From a virus, in the IMG/VR virus record IMGVR_UViG_3300008113_005947, positions 1-64,000 of that record: a stretch of DNA of 64,000 nucleotides; one strand, 5' to 3'. Every line of letters begins with the position of its first letter. Within the stretch, counting starts at the first letter, position 1. The notes below the pieces were generated by a model. The model was not told where the DNA came from. It ran no database searches and worked only from the letters and a program-made list of their open reading frames with translations. A program made the translations under genes and the position numbers. Shown here one piece after another: positions 40,301-49,738 of this stretch.

Positions 40301-43300
40301 AGTATAACTTGATGCCCAACGTAGTTGTGTTGGACTTGATTTACTAACTGTAGTATTATCACCCAACTGCCCGTATGTATTAACTCCCCAGGCGTATAAT
40401 AAACCAGATGCATCTATTATCCATGTCGCTTGTTCGTTATTACATGCTATTGCTAACAAAGGCATATTATATGGGAATAAGCTACTTGATAAACTAGCAC
40501 TTCCGACTTGTACAGGGCTACTACGGTCTACTGAAGTACCATCACTAAAACTATAATTATTATTACGACCCCAAGCCCACACAGAACTATTAGTTCTTAT
40601 ACCTATCATGTTTGTAGTAGCCCATACACTAGTCCAACTACCTGTAATTTGAGTTGGATTACTTCGATTCAATGTATCATTAACACCCAATGATCCAACA
40701 CTATTATTTCCCCATGCATACAATGTACCAATGGTTGTTATAGCTGCCATTTGATTTACACCCAATGACATTTGATTTAATGCTAAACCACCTGCTACCT
40801 GTACAGGACTACTTCTACTTACAGTACTGTTATCACCTAACTGACCACTATCATTAGCACCCATAGCCCATATTACATTTCCCGTTGTGCCTGCTGCCTT
40901 GAAATTGTTACTATATGTATAGTTAGGTAAGAAACTCCAAGTTGTTAATAATCCTACTTGTGTGGGAGCACTTCTATTAGCCGTATCTCCCAATCCCAAT
41001 GATCCTGTGCTATTGTTGCCCCAAGTATATAATGTTCCTGTACTAGTAACAGCAATGCCATGACCTATTTGTGTCCAACTGACACTAGGAGAAGTAATTT
41101 GTACCGGATTACTTTTGTTTATTGTGGTATTATCACCTATTGCGCCCGAACTATTATCACCCCAAATATATAAATTATTAGTGCTAGTTGTTAATGCAAA
41201 TGCAGTTGATCCGTTAGTTCTTACAACTTTAGTCCAAGTATTCAATGTACCAACTTGTACTGGGCTACTTCTATCAATCGTATCATTTAATCCAAGTTGT
41301 CCAAGATTATTTCTACCCCAAGCCCATAATGTTCCAGTTGTTGAACCTACAATCATTTTAATTGCTAATGTCCAATCGGTGCCTCCACCTACCTGTGCCC
41401 ATGAACTACCACCAACTTGTACAGGGCTACTACGTGATATGGTTGTTCCATCACCGAATTGACCTGAATTATTATTTCCCCATGCCCATAATGTATAATC
41501 ATTTTTAATAGCGTAAGTATAATTATTGGCTGATTTAACACTTATCCAACTTGAAGCACTACCATCGAATGTAGGCAATTGTGTGGGACTATAAGCAATA
41601 GTAGCATCAGTACCAGCTAAGACTACAGGACTACTCTTATTAACAGTAGTGGTGTCACCAAGTAGGCCTGTGCTATTTACACCCCATACATAAGCTAATC
41701 CGCTAGCTGATGGCCAGAAACAACCAAATGTATATCTAGTCCAAGTTGTATAATCTCTAAATCTTACTCCGCCCAACAATGTTATTGTGTTAGATGTTGT
41801 TGCAACTCCTGTCCAATTGGCTGCGCCACTCATACTACCCCAGTAGTATAAGAAATTATTTTGAGACAATGCAAATGCACCATAGTACCAGCCGTATACA
41901 GCTTTCCATGATGTTGTAATAGATGATCCTATTTGTACAGGGCTTGACGCATCAGTTGAAGTATCATCACCAATATATCCACCGGTTGCACCTTGATTAT
42001 TTCTGCCCCATCCCCACATAGTGCCATCAGTTTTAATACCGTACATATTAAAGTTGCCAGTATTGCCAGCACCATTCATACTTACCATAGTCCAACTACC
42101 TGCAATTTGCACTGGACTACTACGTGATATAGTACTATTATCTCCTAATTGACCATACGTGTTAACACCCCATGTCCATAACGTACTATCAGTTTTAATT
42201 GCGGCTACTTGATTGCTTGCAGGATTAGTATATAATGCTAACCAAGTTGTATCACTACCTATTTGTACAGGGCTTGATTTACTAACATTAGTGTTATCAC
42301 CTATTACACCATCAGTATTAACTCCCCAGCCCCATAGTTGACCTAGCGAATTTATAGCGTGTGCACCGGCATACCAACCGTCTGTGTTTGTCCAATTAGT
42401 TTTAACACCTATTTGTACAGGACTACTACGTGATATAGTAGTTCCGTCACCTAACGTTCCACCTGTAGCATTTCCCCAACCCCATAATGTTCCATCGACT
42501 CTGATAGCATGAATATGATTTACACCTATACTTACTTGTGTCCATAAAGAACTTCCTATTTGTATTGGACTTGATTTACTAACGGTAGTGTTATCACCTA
42601 ACTCACCTGAACTATTGTCCCCCACTGCCCACAATGTTAAATTGCCTTTAATCCATTGTGTAAATCCTTTTGTAAATGTGTTAGTATCAAATCCACCTTT
42701 GCTAGCAATACTTTGATAATCAGCACCTTGCAATAATCCTAAAGAACCACTAGAAGCTGTTCCCCATGTAAACAATCTACTATTACTATCAATTGCAAAC
42801 ATATTATTATTGCCAGCAGACACAGTAGACCAATTGCTATTTCCTAGTTGAGTAGGACTCATTATCATCTTTCTAGGTCCACTAGCTACTAATGTAGGCA
42901 CGCTTTTACTAACAGCAGTATTATCACCTAATTCGCCACTTGTGCCCAAGCCCATAGAATACAATAATGAATCTTTGATAAACATTATAGTAGTTTGTGT
43001 TAAGAAATTACTATAATTATTAGAAAGTAAGAAAGTTCCACCTGAACCCATAGATGTTATTTGTACAGGACTACTACGTGATGTAGTAGTACCATCACCT
43101 AACTGACCACTAGTGTTTAATCCCCAAGCCCACAGTGTATTATCGGTACTACGCACAGCTAGGATACTTTGAGAATATACTCCAATTTGTGAAAAACTAT
43201 TACCTGTTCCTATTTGTATCGGACTACTCTTGTTAACTGTAGTACTATCACCTATCATACCGTCATTATTATATCCAGTACCCCATAATGTTCCATCAGT

Positions 43301-46300
43301 TTTTAATAGGTATGTAGTATATCCCTCATTTGACCCTATTGCGGTATAACTTCCTGCAAGTTGTATAGGACTACTCTTATTGACAATTGTTCCGTCACCC
43401 AATTGACCAGCACTATTGCCTCCCCATGTATATACTGTGCCGTCAGTTCTTAATCCAACTGAATGACTCAGGCCTAAAGAAATCTGACTCCAGCTACCTG
43501 AAATTTGTACAGGGCTACTACGACTAATCGTATCACCTAGACCTAGTTGTCCTAAATTATTATATCCCCAAGTCCATAATGTAGCATCATCTTTTATGAC
43601 CATAGTACGGAATTGTGATGTAGCAACTTGTGTAAAACTAGAACCTGCAAATATTTGTTGAATCTCATGTGCTGTGTTTACCCCAACCTGAGTCCAACTA
43701 CTTTGTGTTGCGGCATTCCCTAAACCAAGTTCAGATGTTGCATTATAACCAGCCGCATATAATTTATTGTCAGTAAGTGTCATTGTAGTACCACTTAATC
43801 CACCAAGTGATACTTTTTGCACGTTAGTTCTCATTTGTGCAGGATATCCTCTTGACACAGTTGTACCATCTCCATACTGAGACCAGGTATTATTTCCTAC
43901 CATCCATAATGAATTATCTGCTCTTATTAATGCTACATAACTAGAACCAGCAGATGTAACTTGTATCCAACTACTAGTACCTACCTGTACAGGGCTACTA
44001 CGTGAAGCATCAATACCAACTTGTGTTGGGCCACTTCTATTCGTATTAGTTGTACTACCTAAAAGTGCCCCAATACCCCATAGTTCTAATGCATATTGGT
44101 CTCCCCATAAAATAGCATTAGCCTGTCCGACACCATATTTGTGAGGTAGGGTAATAGCATTCAATTGAGTAAATGATGTAGGATATATTGCAGACATTTG
44201 TACTGGACTGCTACGTGAAATAATAGTATTATCACCTACTTGACCCCAAATATTCCATCCCCATGCCCAAAGAGTATTATCTATTCTCAATGCACTAACT
44301 AAGAATTGACCAGTTTGCACTTGACTCCAACTACTTGTTCCCACTTGTGAAGGACTGCTACGATTTAGTGTATCACCAAACCCCAACTGCCCTACGTTAT
44401 TAATACCCCAAGTATATAATCTACCTAGATTATCTATAGCCACACTACTATCCCATGCGGTACCTATAGCTACATATGATACTGAAGATGTTATTTGTAC
44501 TGGACTACTTCTATTAATAGTAGTGCCATCACCCAACTGACCACTAGTGTTTAATCCCCATGCCCATAGTTTAGAGTTACTATCAAGAGCCACAAAAAAA
44601 CTTTGACCTGCATGAACATCTATCCAACTATTACCTATACCTATTTGCACAGGTTGACTACGTGTTACCGTATCACCAAAACCCAATTGTCCTACGTTAT
44701 TTCTACCACTAGTAAATAAATTAAAGGCGGTATTTATATATGCGGCTTCAGTGTTTCCTATGGCTGCTCTGCGATAATTACCGCCTCCGCCAATGTTAAC
44801 AGGACTGGATCTAGATATAGTTTCATTAGTTCCAAACTGTCCATACTGATTGTTTCCCCAACCCCATAATGAAGTATCACTACGTATGGCAGCTACAGCA
44901 CTTCCACCGGCAGCAATAAAAGTATAACTTGCACCAGTATGAATTTGTATAGGTGACAAACGTTGTACAGTTAAACCATCACCTAACACTCCTGACTCAT
45001 TGGTGCCCCAAGAATATAATCTTCCTAACCTATCGGCAGCTATTGCTGAGTTACCTAAAGTAAATGCTATAGTGTTCCATGCTATACCTGATGCAATTGT
45101 TGGCGCGGCACTTGTAGCCGCGCTAGTGCTTACGCCTGCACCCCATGTAAATAATTTATAATCAGTATTGATAGCAAAAACGTTTTGTGTAGCACCAGAG
45201 CCACCAATAAATAACCAGCTACCTGCAATTTGTACTGGACTACTTCTTGTGATTGTGGTGCTATCCCCTAATTGACCTAATGAATTCATACCCCAAGCCC
45301 ATAGTGTATTATCACTACGGATAGCTAATGTAGTATTATTATTTCCGTCAGTAGTCGCTACAAGTACAACTGAGCTCCACTTGTATGCACCAAGTTGTAC
45401 CGGACTACTACGATTAATTGTACTTCCGTCACCCAGTTGACCATTATTGTTTAATCCCCAAGAAAACAAATATCCATCTTTTCTAATTGCTAAGGTGGTA
45501 TTTGCGCCTAGTGTTACTTGAGTCCAACTACTTGTTCCTATTCTAGTAATCCAACTTTTATTAACAGTAGTGCCATCACCGATTTGTCCGCTAGCGTTAT
45601 AACCCCAAACAAATAATGTGCCGTTACTATTAATTGCAGCCATGTGGAAGGCACCGGGCATGGCAGTTGCAATAGAATTCCAATTAGTAAAGAATAGACT
45701 ATTAGTAGGTCTAAAACTTAAAGTATTATCATATGTAACAACTGTTGGGCTTGCTTGTGGTGTCGCCGTAGTACCTATACCCATTTGTCCAAAACTATTA
45801 TTACCCCATGCAAACAATACCCCATCATTACGTAATGCATATGTACTCTGATATCCTACAGTTACGCTAGTCCAAGAATAAGTTTGTTCAGGTATTGTAT
45901 AATAATTTTCACCACTACTATTATTAGTATTAGATGTTCCCCATGCAAACAATTTACCAGTATTTGTTATAGCATATGTTCCCCTAGTACTTGCCGCAAC
46001 TTTAGAAAATTTAAGGTCAGTGTTTATCGCTAATCCTACTTGTGTGGGGCTAGAAACACTAGCTATAACAGGATCATATATATTTCCACCATATCTTAAT
46101 TGGTTAAGTAATTGGGCCCAAGTCCAAAGAGTGCCGTCTGAATCAATAGCATATTGTCCATTATTTGCCGAGTAACCGATGCCACCACTAAAAATCCATG
46201 ATAGAGGATTATATGTACCTAGTTGGCCACCTACATTCGACCCCCAAGTATATAATTTATTATTTCTTATACCTATGCCTGAATTCGAATGCACACTAAT

Positions 46301-49300
46301 CATAGTCCAAGAACTATTAGAAACTTGTACTGGTGTGAAATTTTTTCTATATATTAATGGGTACCCAGATTGTCCATAATCAGTGGTTGCCCACGCCCAA
46401 TTAAATAATGTTCCGTCATTTTTTATTAAAGTTATCCAATTTGGTGAGCTGAATGCATATCCTGTCACATCTATAAAACTACCAGACAAAGCAGTAAGTT
46501 GCACTGGGCTACTACGTGATATAGTAGTGCCATCTCCTAATTGATTAAGTGAGCTTCCACTAGCACCCCATGACCATACAGTACCATTAGTTTGTAAACC
46601 TATAGTTACAGTTCCTATAGGAACTACTTTACTCCATGTATACTGGGCTCCTATTTGTACTGGACTGCTACGTGATATAGTATCATTTAGTCCTAATTCT
46701 TTAGCACCCCATGCATATAATTCACCAGCTGAATTAATTGCTGTTGCAAAACTCATACCTGCACTTATAGCAGACCACGATTGATTTACTGTTTGAGTTA
46801 TTTGTACAGGACTACTACGAGGGAATCCATCACCATATCCTAATTGTCCTGAACTATTTTGTCCCCATGCAAATAAACTTCCGAATGGATCTATAGCTAA
46901 TGCAAAATTTTCTCCGGCTGCAACTGATGTCCAATAACTAGTACCTATTTGTACTGGACTACTACGTTGTATTGTAGTACTATCACCTAATTGTCCGTAC
47001 CAATTATCTCCACCAACACCCCATAATGTACCGTCTAGACGTATTTGATATTGAGTAAGACCTCCGCCTGTTGCTAATTGTATCCAGCTATGTGTACCGT
47101 TAATGCCCGATTCGGCTGTAGCAAGAGTTCTAAATCCGGCTATTATCCAAAGTGATCCGTCAGTTTGTATTCCGAAATTAGCTCCAAAGGTAGAGGAATC
47201 ATTGCTTGCAATAGCAATACTTTGCCAATTAGATGCACCAATTTGTACAGGACTACTCCTACTTACAAAAGTTCCGTCTCCTAAGTAACCAGCTGATGAT
47301 CCCCATGCAAATAATTTATTGTCTGACCGTATTGCAAAAACTGACCCTGCAATTGAGTTTGGACCTGTTGCTCCAAACACACTTTTCCAACTATTATTAC
47401 CTACTTGGGTTAGTGTGTTCCTATTTACTGTATCATTTAAACCTAATTGACCATAAGTATTGGGCCCTGCACTAAATAAAATACCATCATATCTTATTGC
47501 ATAGATGTTAGCGGGGCCGCAACCTATTTGAATCCAACTATCATTTGAAATTTGTACTGGGCTACTACGATTGATAGTACTTCCGTCACCTAAATTTCCA
47601 CCTCCATTCCATCCCCATGCAAAAAGAAAACCTGTATTAGCTTCTAAAGCAATTACATGTAATGAGCCGGTATCTACTTTACTAAATGTTCTGCTAGATG
47701 CAATTTGAACTGGACTACTACGGTTAGCTATACTATTATCACCTACAGAACCATAAAAATTATATCCCCATGCATACAATCTACCTGCTGAATCTAAAGC
47801 AACAGTAAAGTTTTGGCTATTTCTTACAAAACTCCAATTATTATTAGTACCAATCTGTATAGGACTACTACGAGTTATAGTGGTTCCGTCACCTAACTGA
47901 CCTTCAAAATTTCTACCCCAGCCCCACAATGTACCGTTTGTTTTGATAGCCATTAAATGAGATTCACCCGCCGATATAACAGACCATGATGCTATATCTG
48001 TTATATTATTTCTTGCAAGTTGACCAAATTGATTATTACCACTAGAAAATAATAATCCATTAATATCTATTCCTAATGAAAAATTATTTCCCGCGGATAC
48101 AACATTCCAACTACTTGTCCCAACTTGTAATGGGCTATTTGTTGATGTTACCGTGTTTAAGAACAATTGACCCTGATTATTATTCCCCCAAGCCCATAAT
48201 GTTTTATCACTGCGAATTGCTAACGTATGATTAGTACCTGCACTTATTGCTGTCCAACTACTTGTTCCAAGTTGTGTTGGACTATTAAACAATAATGTTC
48301 CACCTACTTGTACCGGGCTAGACCTAGTTGAACCTGCAGTAACTAGACCCGAAATAATATAATTATCGCCCTGACCACTGTCACCTCCCCAGGCCCATAA
48401 ATTGTAAGAGGTATCAAGTGCCATCATACCGCGTTGGGTGTTAACTAACTGAAGCCAATTTGAAGTTCCGAGTACTTGAGTAGGATTTGATTTATTAATA
48501 GTAGTACCATCACCTAGTTGACCAAAAGTCGAATTAAGTCCCCATCCTATTACTTTTCCTGAACTATCAATAGCAGAATGATGACTTTGTGTAGATTTTA
48601 CTGCTACGCTAGAAACACCATTAGCTATTTGTACAGGATCACTTCTTGAAATTACTGTTCCATCACCTACTGTGCCTATAATATTAGTGCCCCAACCATA
48701 TAATGTACGATTGGTATTTAAAGCATAAGAATTATTTAAGCCAGCACCAACACCACTCCAATTAGATAAAAATCCTAACTGTACAGGGGTGCTACGACTT
48801 ATAATGTTACCGTGACCTAATTCACCATTAAGATTGTAACCATGTGACCACAATGTTCTATCATTTCTTATTGCTAATGTGAATTCAAGACCTAATGCAA
48901 CATCATTAAATTTGACACTTACTGAAACTTGTACAGGGCTACTTCTAGCAATAAGAGTGTTGTCTCCAATTTGACCAGCACTGTTTGACCCCCACATAAA
49001 AAGATTACTGTTTACGTCAATTGCCGCTGTAGTTCCCTGTCCCAAACTAGTGTTTCCGGGATTGGCTCTTACTAATGTCCAACTACTTGATCCTACTTGA
49101 ACTGGACTTGACTTACTAACAGTAGTATTGTCCCCTAGTTGTCCTTGTGCATTATAACCCCAACTGAATAATCTACCATTTATATCTATTGCAAAGGAAG
49201 TGCTAGGACCGGCAGCTATGAAAGACCAACTGCTATTTCCTATTTGCACTGGGCTAATACTATTACTAACATCACCTTTACCCAACTGACCTGTAGTATT

Positions 49301-49738
49301 TTCACCCACAGCCCATAAAGTGTTGTCTTGTCTTAGTAGTAATGTATGAGTCCATCCAGTAGCTATAGATTTCCATCCAGCATAATTAAATATACCACCT
49401 AAACCTAATTGATTAGATGTGTTACTACCCCAAACATACATTAAATTGTCACTACGTAATGCAAGACTATGACTAGCACCAGCATTAATATTATTCCAAC
49501 TATATCCTAAACCAATCTGTACAGGACTACTACGTGTGAGATATGTACCATCACCCAACTGTCCTGAAGAATTCAAACCCCATGCATATAGCAAGTTGTT
49601 ACTTTTTATAGCCAAAGCATGAGAACCACCTACACTAAGCTGTTTCCAGCTGGTGCCTATTTGTATAGGGCTTAACGAATATTGAGTAGTGTAACCGGCA
49701 ACCTGTGTTAAACTTGAACGGTTTGTATTAATACTCAT
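34385..49738 (-). CDS. Giant RCC1/BLIP-II repeat protein (5117 aa), putative virion fibre/adhesin
   Basis: About 50-55-aa repeats W.xxxAG..H.xAI..DG.LWxWG.N..GQLGDGTT.xRSSPVQ throughout. Confidence 0.9.
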   Translation of the reverse strand: MSINTNRSSLTQVAGYTTQYSLSPIQIGTSWKQLSVGGSHALAIKSNNLLYAWGLNSSGQLGDGTYLTRSSPVQIGLGYSWNNINAGASHSLALRSDNLMYVWGSNTSNQLGLGGIFNYAGWKSIATGWTHTLLLRQDNTLWAVGENTTGQLGKGDVSNSISPVQIGNSSWSFIAAGPSTSFAIDINGRLFSWGYNAQGQLGDNTTVSKSSPVQVGSSSWTLVRANPGNTSLGQGTTAAIDVNSNLFMWGSNSAGQIGDNTLIARSSPVQVSVSVKFNDVALGLEFTLAIRNDRTLWSHGYNLNGELGHGNIISRSTPVQLGFLSNWSGVGAGLNNSYALNTNRTLYGWGTNIIGTVGDGTVISRSDPVQIANGVSSVAVKSTQSHHSAIDSSGKVIGWGLNSTFGQLGDGTTINKSNPTQVLGTSNWLQLVNTQRGMMALDTSYNLWAWGGDSGQGDNYIISGLVTAGSTRSSPVQVGGTLLFNSPTQLGTSSWTAISAGTNHTLAIRSDKTLWAWGNNNQGQLFLNTVTSTNSPLQVGTSSWNVVSAGNNFSLGIDINGLLFSSGNNQFGQLARNNITDIASWSVISAGESHLMAIKTNGTLWGWGRNFEGQLGDGTTITRSSPIQIGTNNNWSFVRNSQNFTVALDSAGRLYAWGYNFYGSVGDNSIANRSSPVQIASSRTFSKVDTGSLHVIALEANTGFLFAWGWNGGGNLGDGSTINRSSPVQISNDSWIQIGCGPANIYAIRYDGILFSAGPNTYGQLGLNDTVNRNTLTQVGNNSWKSVFGATGPNSIAGSVFAIRSDNKLFAWGSSAGYLGDGTFVSRSSPVQIGASNWQSIAIASNDSSTFGANFGIQTDGSLWIIAGFRTLATAESGINGTHSWIQLATGGGLTQYQIRLDGTLWGVGGDNWYGQLGDSTTIQRSSPVQIGTSYWTSVAAGENFALAIDPFGSLFAWGQNSSGQLGYGDGFPRSSPVQITQTVNQSWSAISAGMSFATAINSAGELYAWGAKELGLNDTISRSSPVQIGAQYTWSKVVPIGTVTIGLQTNGTVWSWGASGSSLNQLGDGTTISRSSPVQLTALSGSFIDVTGYAFSSPNWITLIKNDGTLFNWAWATTDYGQSGYPLIYRKNFTPVQVSNSSWTMISVHSNSGIGIRNNKLYTWGSNVGGQLGTYNPLSWIFSGGIGYSANNGQYAIDSDGTLWTWAQLLNQLRYGGNIYDPVIASVSSPTQVGLAINTDLKFSKVAASTRGTYAITNTGKLFAWGTSNTNNSSGENYYTIPEQTYSWTSVTVGYQSTYALRNDGVLFAWGNNSFGQMGIGTTATPQASPTVVTYDNTLSFRPTNSLFFTNWNSIATAMPGAFHMAAINSNGTLFVWGYNASGQIGDGTTVNKSWITRIGTSSWTQVTLGANTTLAIRKDGYLFSWGLNNNGQLGDGSTINRSSPVQLGAYKWSSVVLVATTDGNNNTTLAIRSDNTLWAWGMNSLGQLGDSTTITRSSPVQIAGSWLFIGGSGATQNVFAINTDYKLFTWGAGVSTSAATSAAPTIASGIAWNTIAFTLGNSAIAADRLGRLYSWGTNESGVLGDGLTVQRLSPIQIHTGASYTFIAAGGSAVAAIRSDTSLWGWGNNQYGQFGTNETISRSSPVNIGGGGNYRRAAIGNTEAAYINTAFNLFTSGRNNVGQLGFGDTVTRSQPVQIGIGNSWIDVHAGQSFFVALDSNSKLWAWGLNTSGQLGDGTTINRSSPVQITSSVSYVAIGTAWDSSVAIDNLGRLYTWGINNVGQLGFGDTLNRSSPSQVGTSSWSQVQTGQFLVSALRIDNTLWAWGWNIWGQVGDNTIISRSSPVQMSAIYPTSFTQLNAITLPHKYGVGQANAILWGDQYALELWGIGALLGSTTNTNRSGPTQVGIDASRSSPVQVGTSSWIQVTSAGSSYVALIRADNSLWMVGNNTWSQYGDGTTVSRGYPAQMRTNVQKVSLGGLSGTTMTLTDNKLYAAGYNATSELGLGNAATQSSWTQVGVNTAHEIQQIFAGSSFTQVATSQFRTMVIKDDATLWTWGYNNLGQLGLGDTISRSSPVQISGSWSQISLGLSHSVGLRTDGTVYTWGGNSAGQLGDGTIVNKSSPIQLAGSYTAIGSNEGYTTYLLKTDGTLWGTGYNNDGMIGDSTTVNKSSPIQIGTGNSFSQIGVYSQSILAVRSTDNTLWAWGLNTSGQLGDGTTTSRSSPVQITSMGSGGTFLLSNNYSNFLTQTTIMFIKDSLLYSMGLGTSGELGDNTAVSKSVPTLVASGPRKMIMSPTQLGNSNWSTVSAGNNNMFAIDSNSRLFTWGTASSGSLGLLQGADYQSIASKGGFDTNTFTKGFTQWIKGNLTLWAVGDNSSGELGDNTTVSKSSPIQIGSSLWTQVSIGVNHIHAIRVDGTLWGWGNATGGTLGDGTTISRSSPVQIGVKTNWTNTDGWYAGAHAINSLGQLWGWGVNTDGVIGDNTNVSKSSPVQIGSDTTWLALYTNPASNQVAAIKTDSTLWTWGVNTYGQLGDNSTISRSSPVQIAGSWTMVSMNGAGNTGNFNMYGIKTDGTMWGWGRNNQGATGGYIGDDTSTDASSPVQIGSSITTSWKAVYGWYYGAFALSQNNFLYYWGSMSGAANWTGVATTSNTITLLGGVRFRDYTTWTRYTFGCFWPSASGLAYVWGVNSTGLLGDTTTVNKSSPVVLAGTDATIAYSPTQLPTFDGSASSWISVKSANNYTYAIKNDYTLWAWGNNNSGQFGDGTTISRSSPVQVGGSSWAQVGGGTDWTLAIKMIVGSTTGTLWAWGRNNLGQLGLNDTIDRSSPVQVGTLNTWTKVVRTNGSTAFALTTSTNNLYIWGDNSSGAIGDNTTINKSNPVQITSPSVSWTQIGHGIAVTSTGTLYTWGNNSTGSLGLGDTANRSAPTQVGLLTTWSFLPNYTYSNNFKAAGTTGNVIWAMGANDSGQLGDNSTVSRSSPVQVAGGLALNQMSLGVNQMAAITTIGTLYAWGNNSVGSLGVNDTLNRSNPTQITGSWTSVWATTNMIGIRTNSSVWAWGRNNNYSFSDGTSVDRSSPVQVGSASLSSSLFPYNMPLLAIACNNEQATWIIDASGLLYAWGVNTYGQLGDNTTVSKSSPTQLRWASSYTQIGTFTFGSTFGLALKSNYMLDAFGINSNGQLGDGTTITRSSPVQIGTSSILYTAVPNKINNTTSFNQVIAGNYHAFALNTQGLLYGWGENTTSQLGNNTAPEIYVETGTNSADGVGYAITSSRRLFVWGLNTAGQLGFGDTINRSSPVQLAGSWTSVTIGHSNMLGIRTDGTLWGWGYNNVGGLGDNTVNSKSSPVQIGALANWFRVIAGATTYAINTSGQLYAWGYNANGQLGDNTTINRSSPVQILTGFSFTVLPTSIGTNTLITTGALHVGAIDTVGRLWTWGNNAVGQLGFGDTLNRSSPIQIGTSSWTQISVGGSHTMALRQDNTIWTWGINAVGQLGDNTTISRSSPVQVGTLIMLPSWKMISAGLSHNVAIRADNTLWAWGLNTSGQLGDSSLSNRSSPVQVSTIGGVAANNFYVGVGGNEWSYVSAGYLKSHAIAPDGQLFAWGNPPVGVIGITTNQSWPVAVDFDFTVIAATSNNLISSPTQIGTSSWSVISAGARNSFGIKPDGTLWGWGSNYFGSLGIVAGDTLRDYNSGGYILNSTKQLYVWGGNVYGQLGQNDTINRSNPVQVGGSWLQLASTNYTSTGHKLAIDTSYNLWSWGYNNQGQLGDGTTINRSQPVQILNPNIWKDISAGNALTMGLRYDGSIWAWGAGLQLGQNDIISRSSPVQVGTSSWLVISAAAGCAHAIRIDGTLWGWGSNSFGQVGDGTTVNRSSPVQIGALAIWSKLAVSGGNSLGGMAAINKLGQLFVWGLNNNGQLGDNTFVNKSSPIQIMTTSSFTFIAAGEGFRMIDILGKLYVCGENTQGELGTNTTIRRSSPVQVGTANSWIMATMGSQDGSGTGQYTLALATDGTVWTWGNNSYGQLGDNTTISRSSPVQMGSDTWSYAVAGTISTAIRNNLLYVWGRNLTGALGLNDTLNRSSPVQLSATTSYVLASSGTPTNDGGIAVFAITTKGFLISIGGRNSNVGQFGDGTTIARSSPVQIGTNGTSWTQIFSVGADSGAMQIAIMDDNTLWAWGQNLYGQLGQNDTISRSRPVQILGSWTTAAAQGGQGAGTQGVLAIKTDGTLWAWGDNTYGQLGDGTTVSRSSPVQIGSNNNWSSVAIAVYTKAAINTLGQLYNIGGWNNYGEFGDDSNHLLYRSSPVQIMSGYSFTQIVSIFSSAGSYIARTTTGTIWSWGLGNVGQLGDGTTITRSSPVQIGTSSWVSIGSGTGNNGVAIGLLNDGTTNRLFVWGNGLTGQLGDNTVVSKSSPVQLDSVYTANTFAFYSSPVQIGTSSWIAVSTGGGTTFAIKADFTLWAWGNNGPNGQLGNNTTIYRSSPVQIGTSSWIAVSVAKIANYNTYPIVGRTPTAYYDAIYVSAIRSDGLLFAWGNNPVGNIGNNTTGLIAGPVQINTVGQNPFIYPNKLRTTIGLSFITVGVGASYVTALKTDGLLYVWGTDGLGQLADNSTVTTTSTPITVGGLSQTYIAGINQIGNSSWSQVSAGYSHTLGITRDSRLFGWGSSAGVNPMPIGIGAGNNAGWQYSGGSGGGGYVRHAIRNDGTLWATGYNNYGVLGDNTTITRSSPVQVSGGGSWIIVDCASYATAGATYAIKTNYTLWAWGQNAAGQLVQGDRIARSSPVQIPGSWASVCAATYVQTFVFAIKPDNTLWAWGDNSAGQLGDATIISRSSPVQVFASKRWLQVAVSDSGFTVALDTDNIAWSWGRNIYGQLGDNTTIDRSSPYQIGTEKHIQVAASINNIYLLRATGQIFATGLGQNGGVGDNNTVRRSSPVQVASSSLFKQVVSKGTNVENAFAIDINNNLWAWGYNLQGELGDNTTIYRSSPVQITASGNVVSIAQSGNVGGYIDKFSQIWLWGFNTYGGMGDNTTVNKSSPVQVNTGLTGIINSSPVVVASGSWTQVRAGNEFSLITDTNNALYFWGRNDLHQSGTNSYAVYVSSPIQIGSSVVSSPSTVGSGGTGGGFIKNI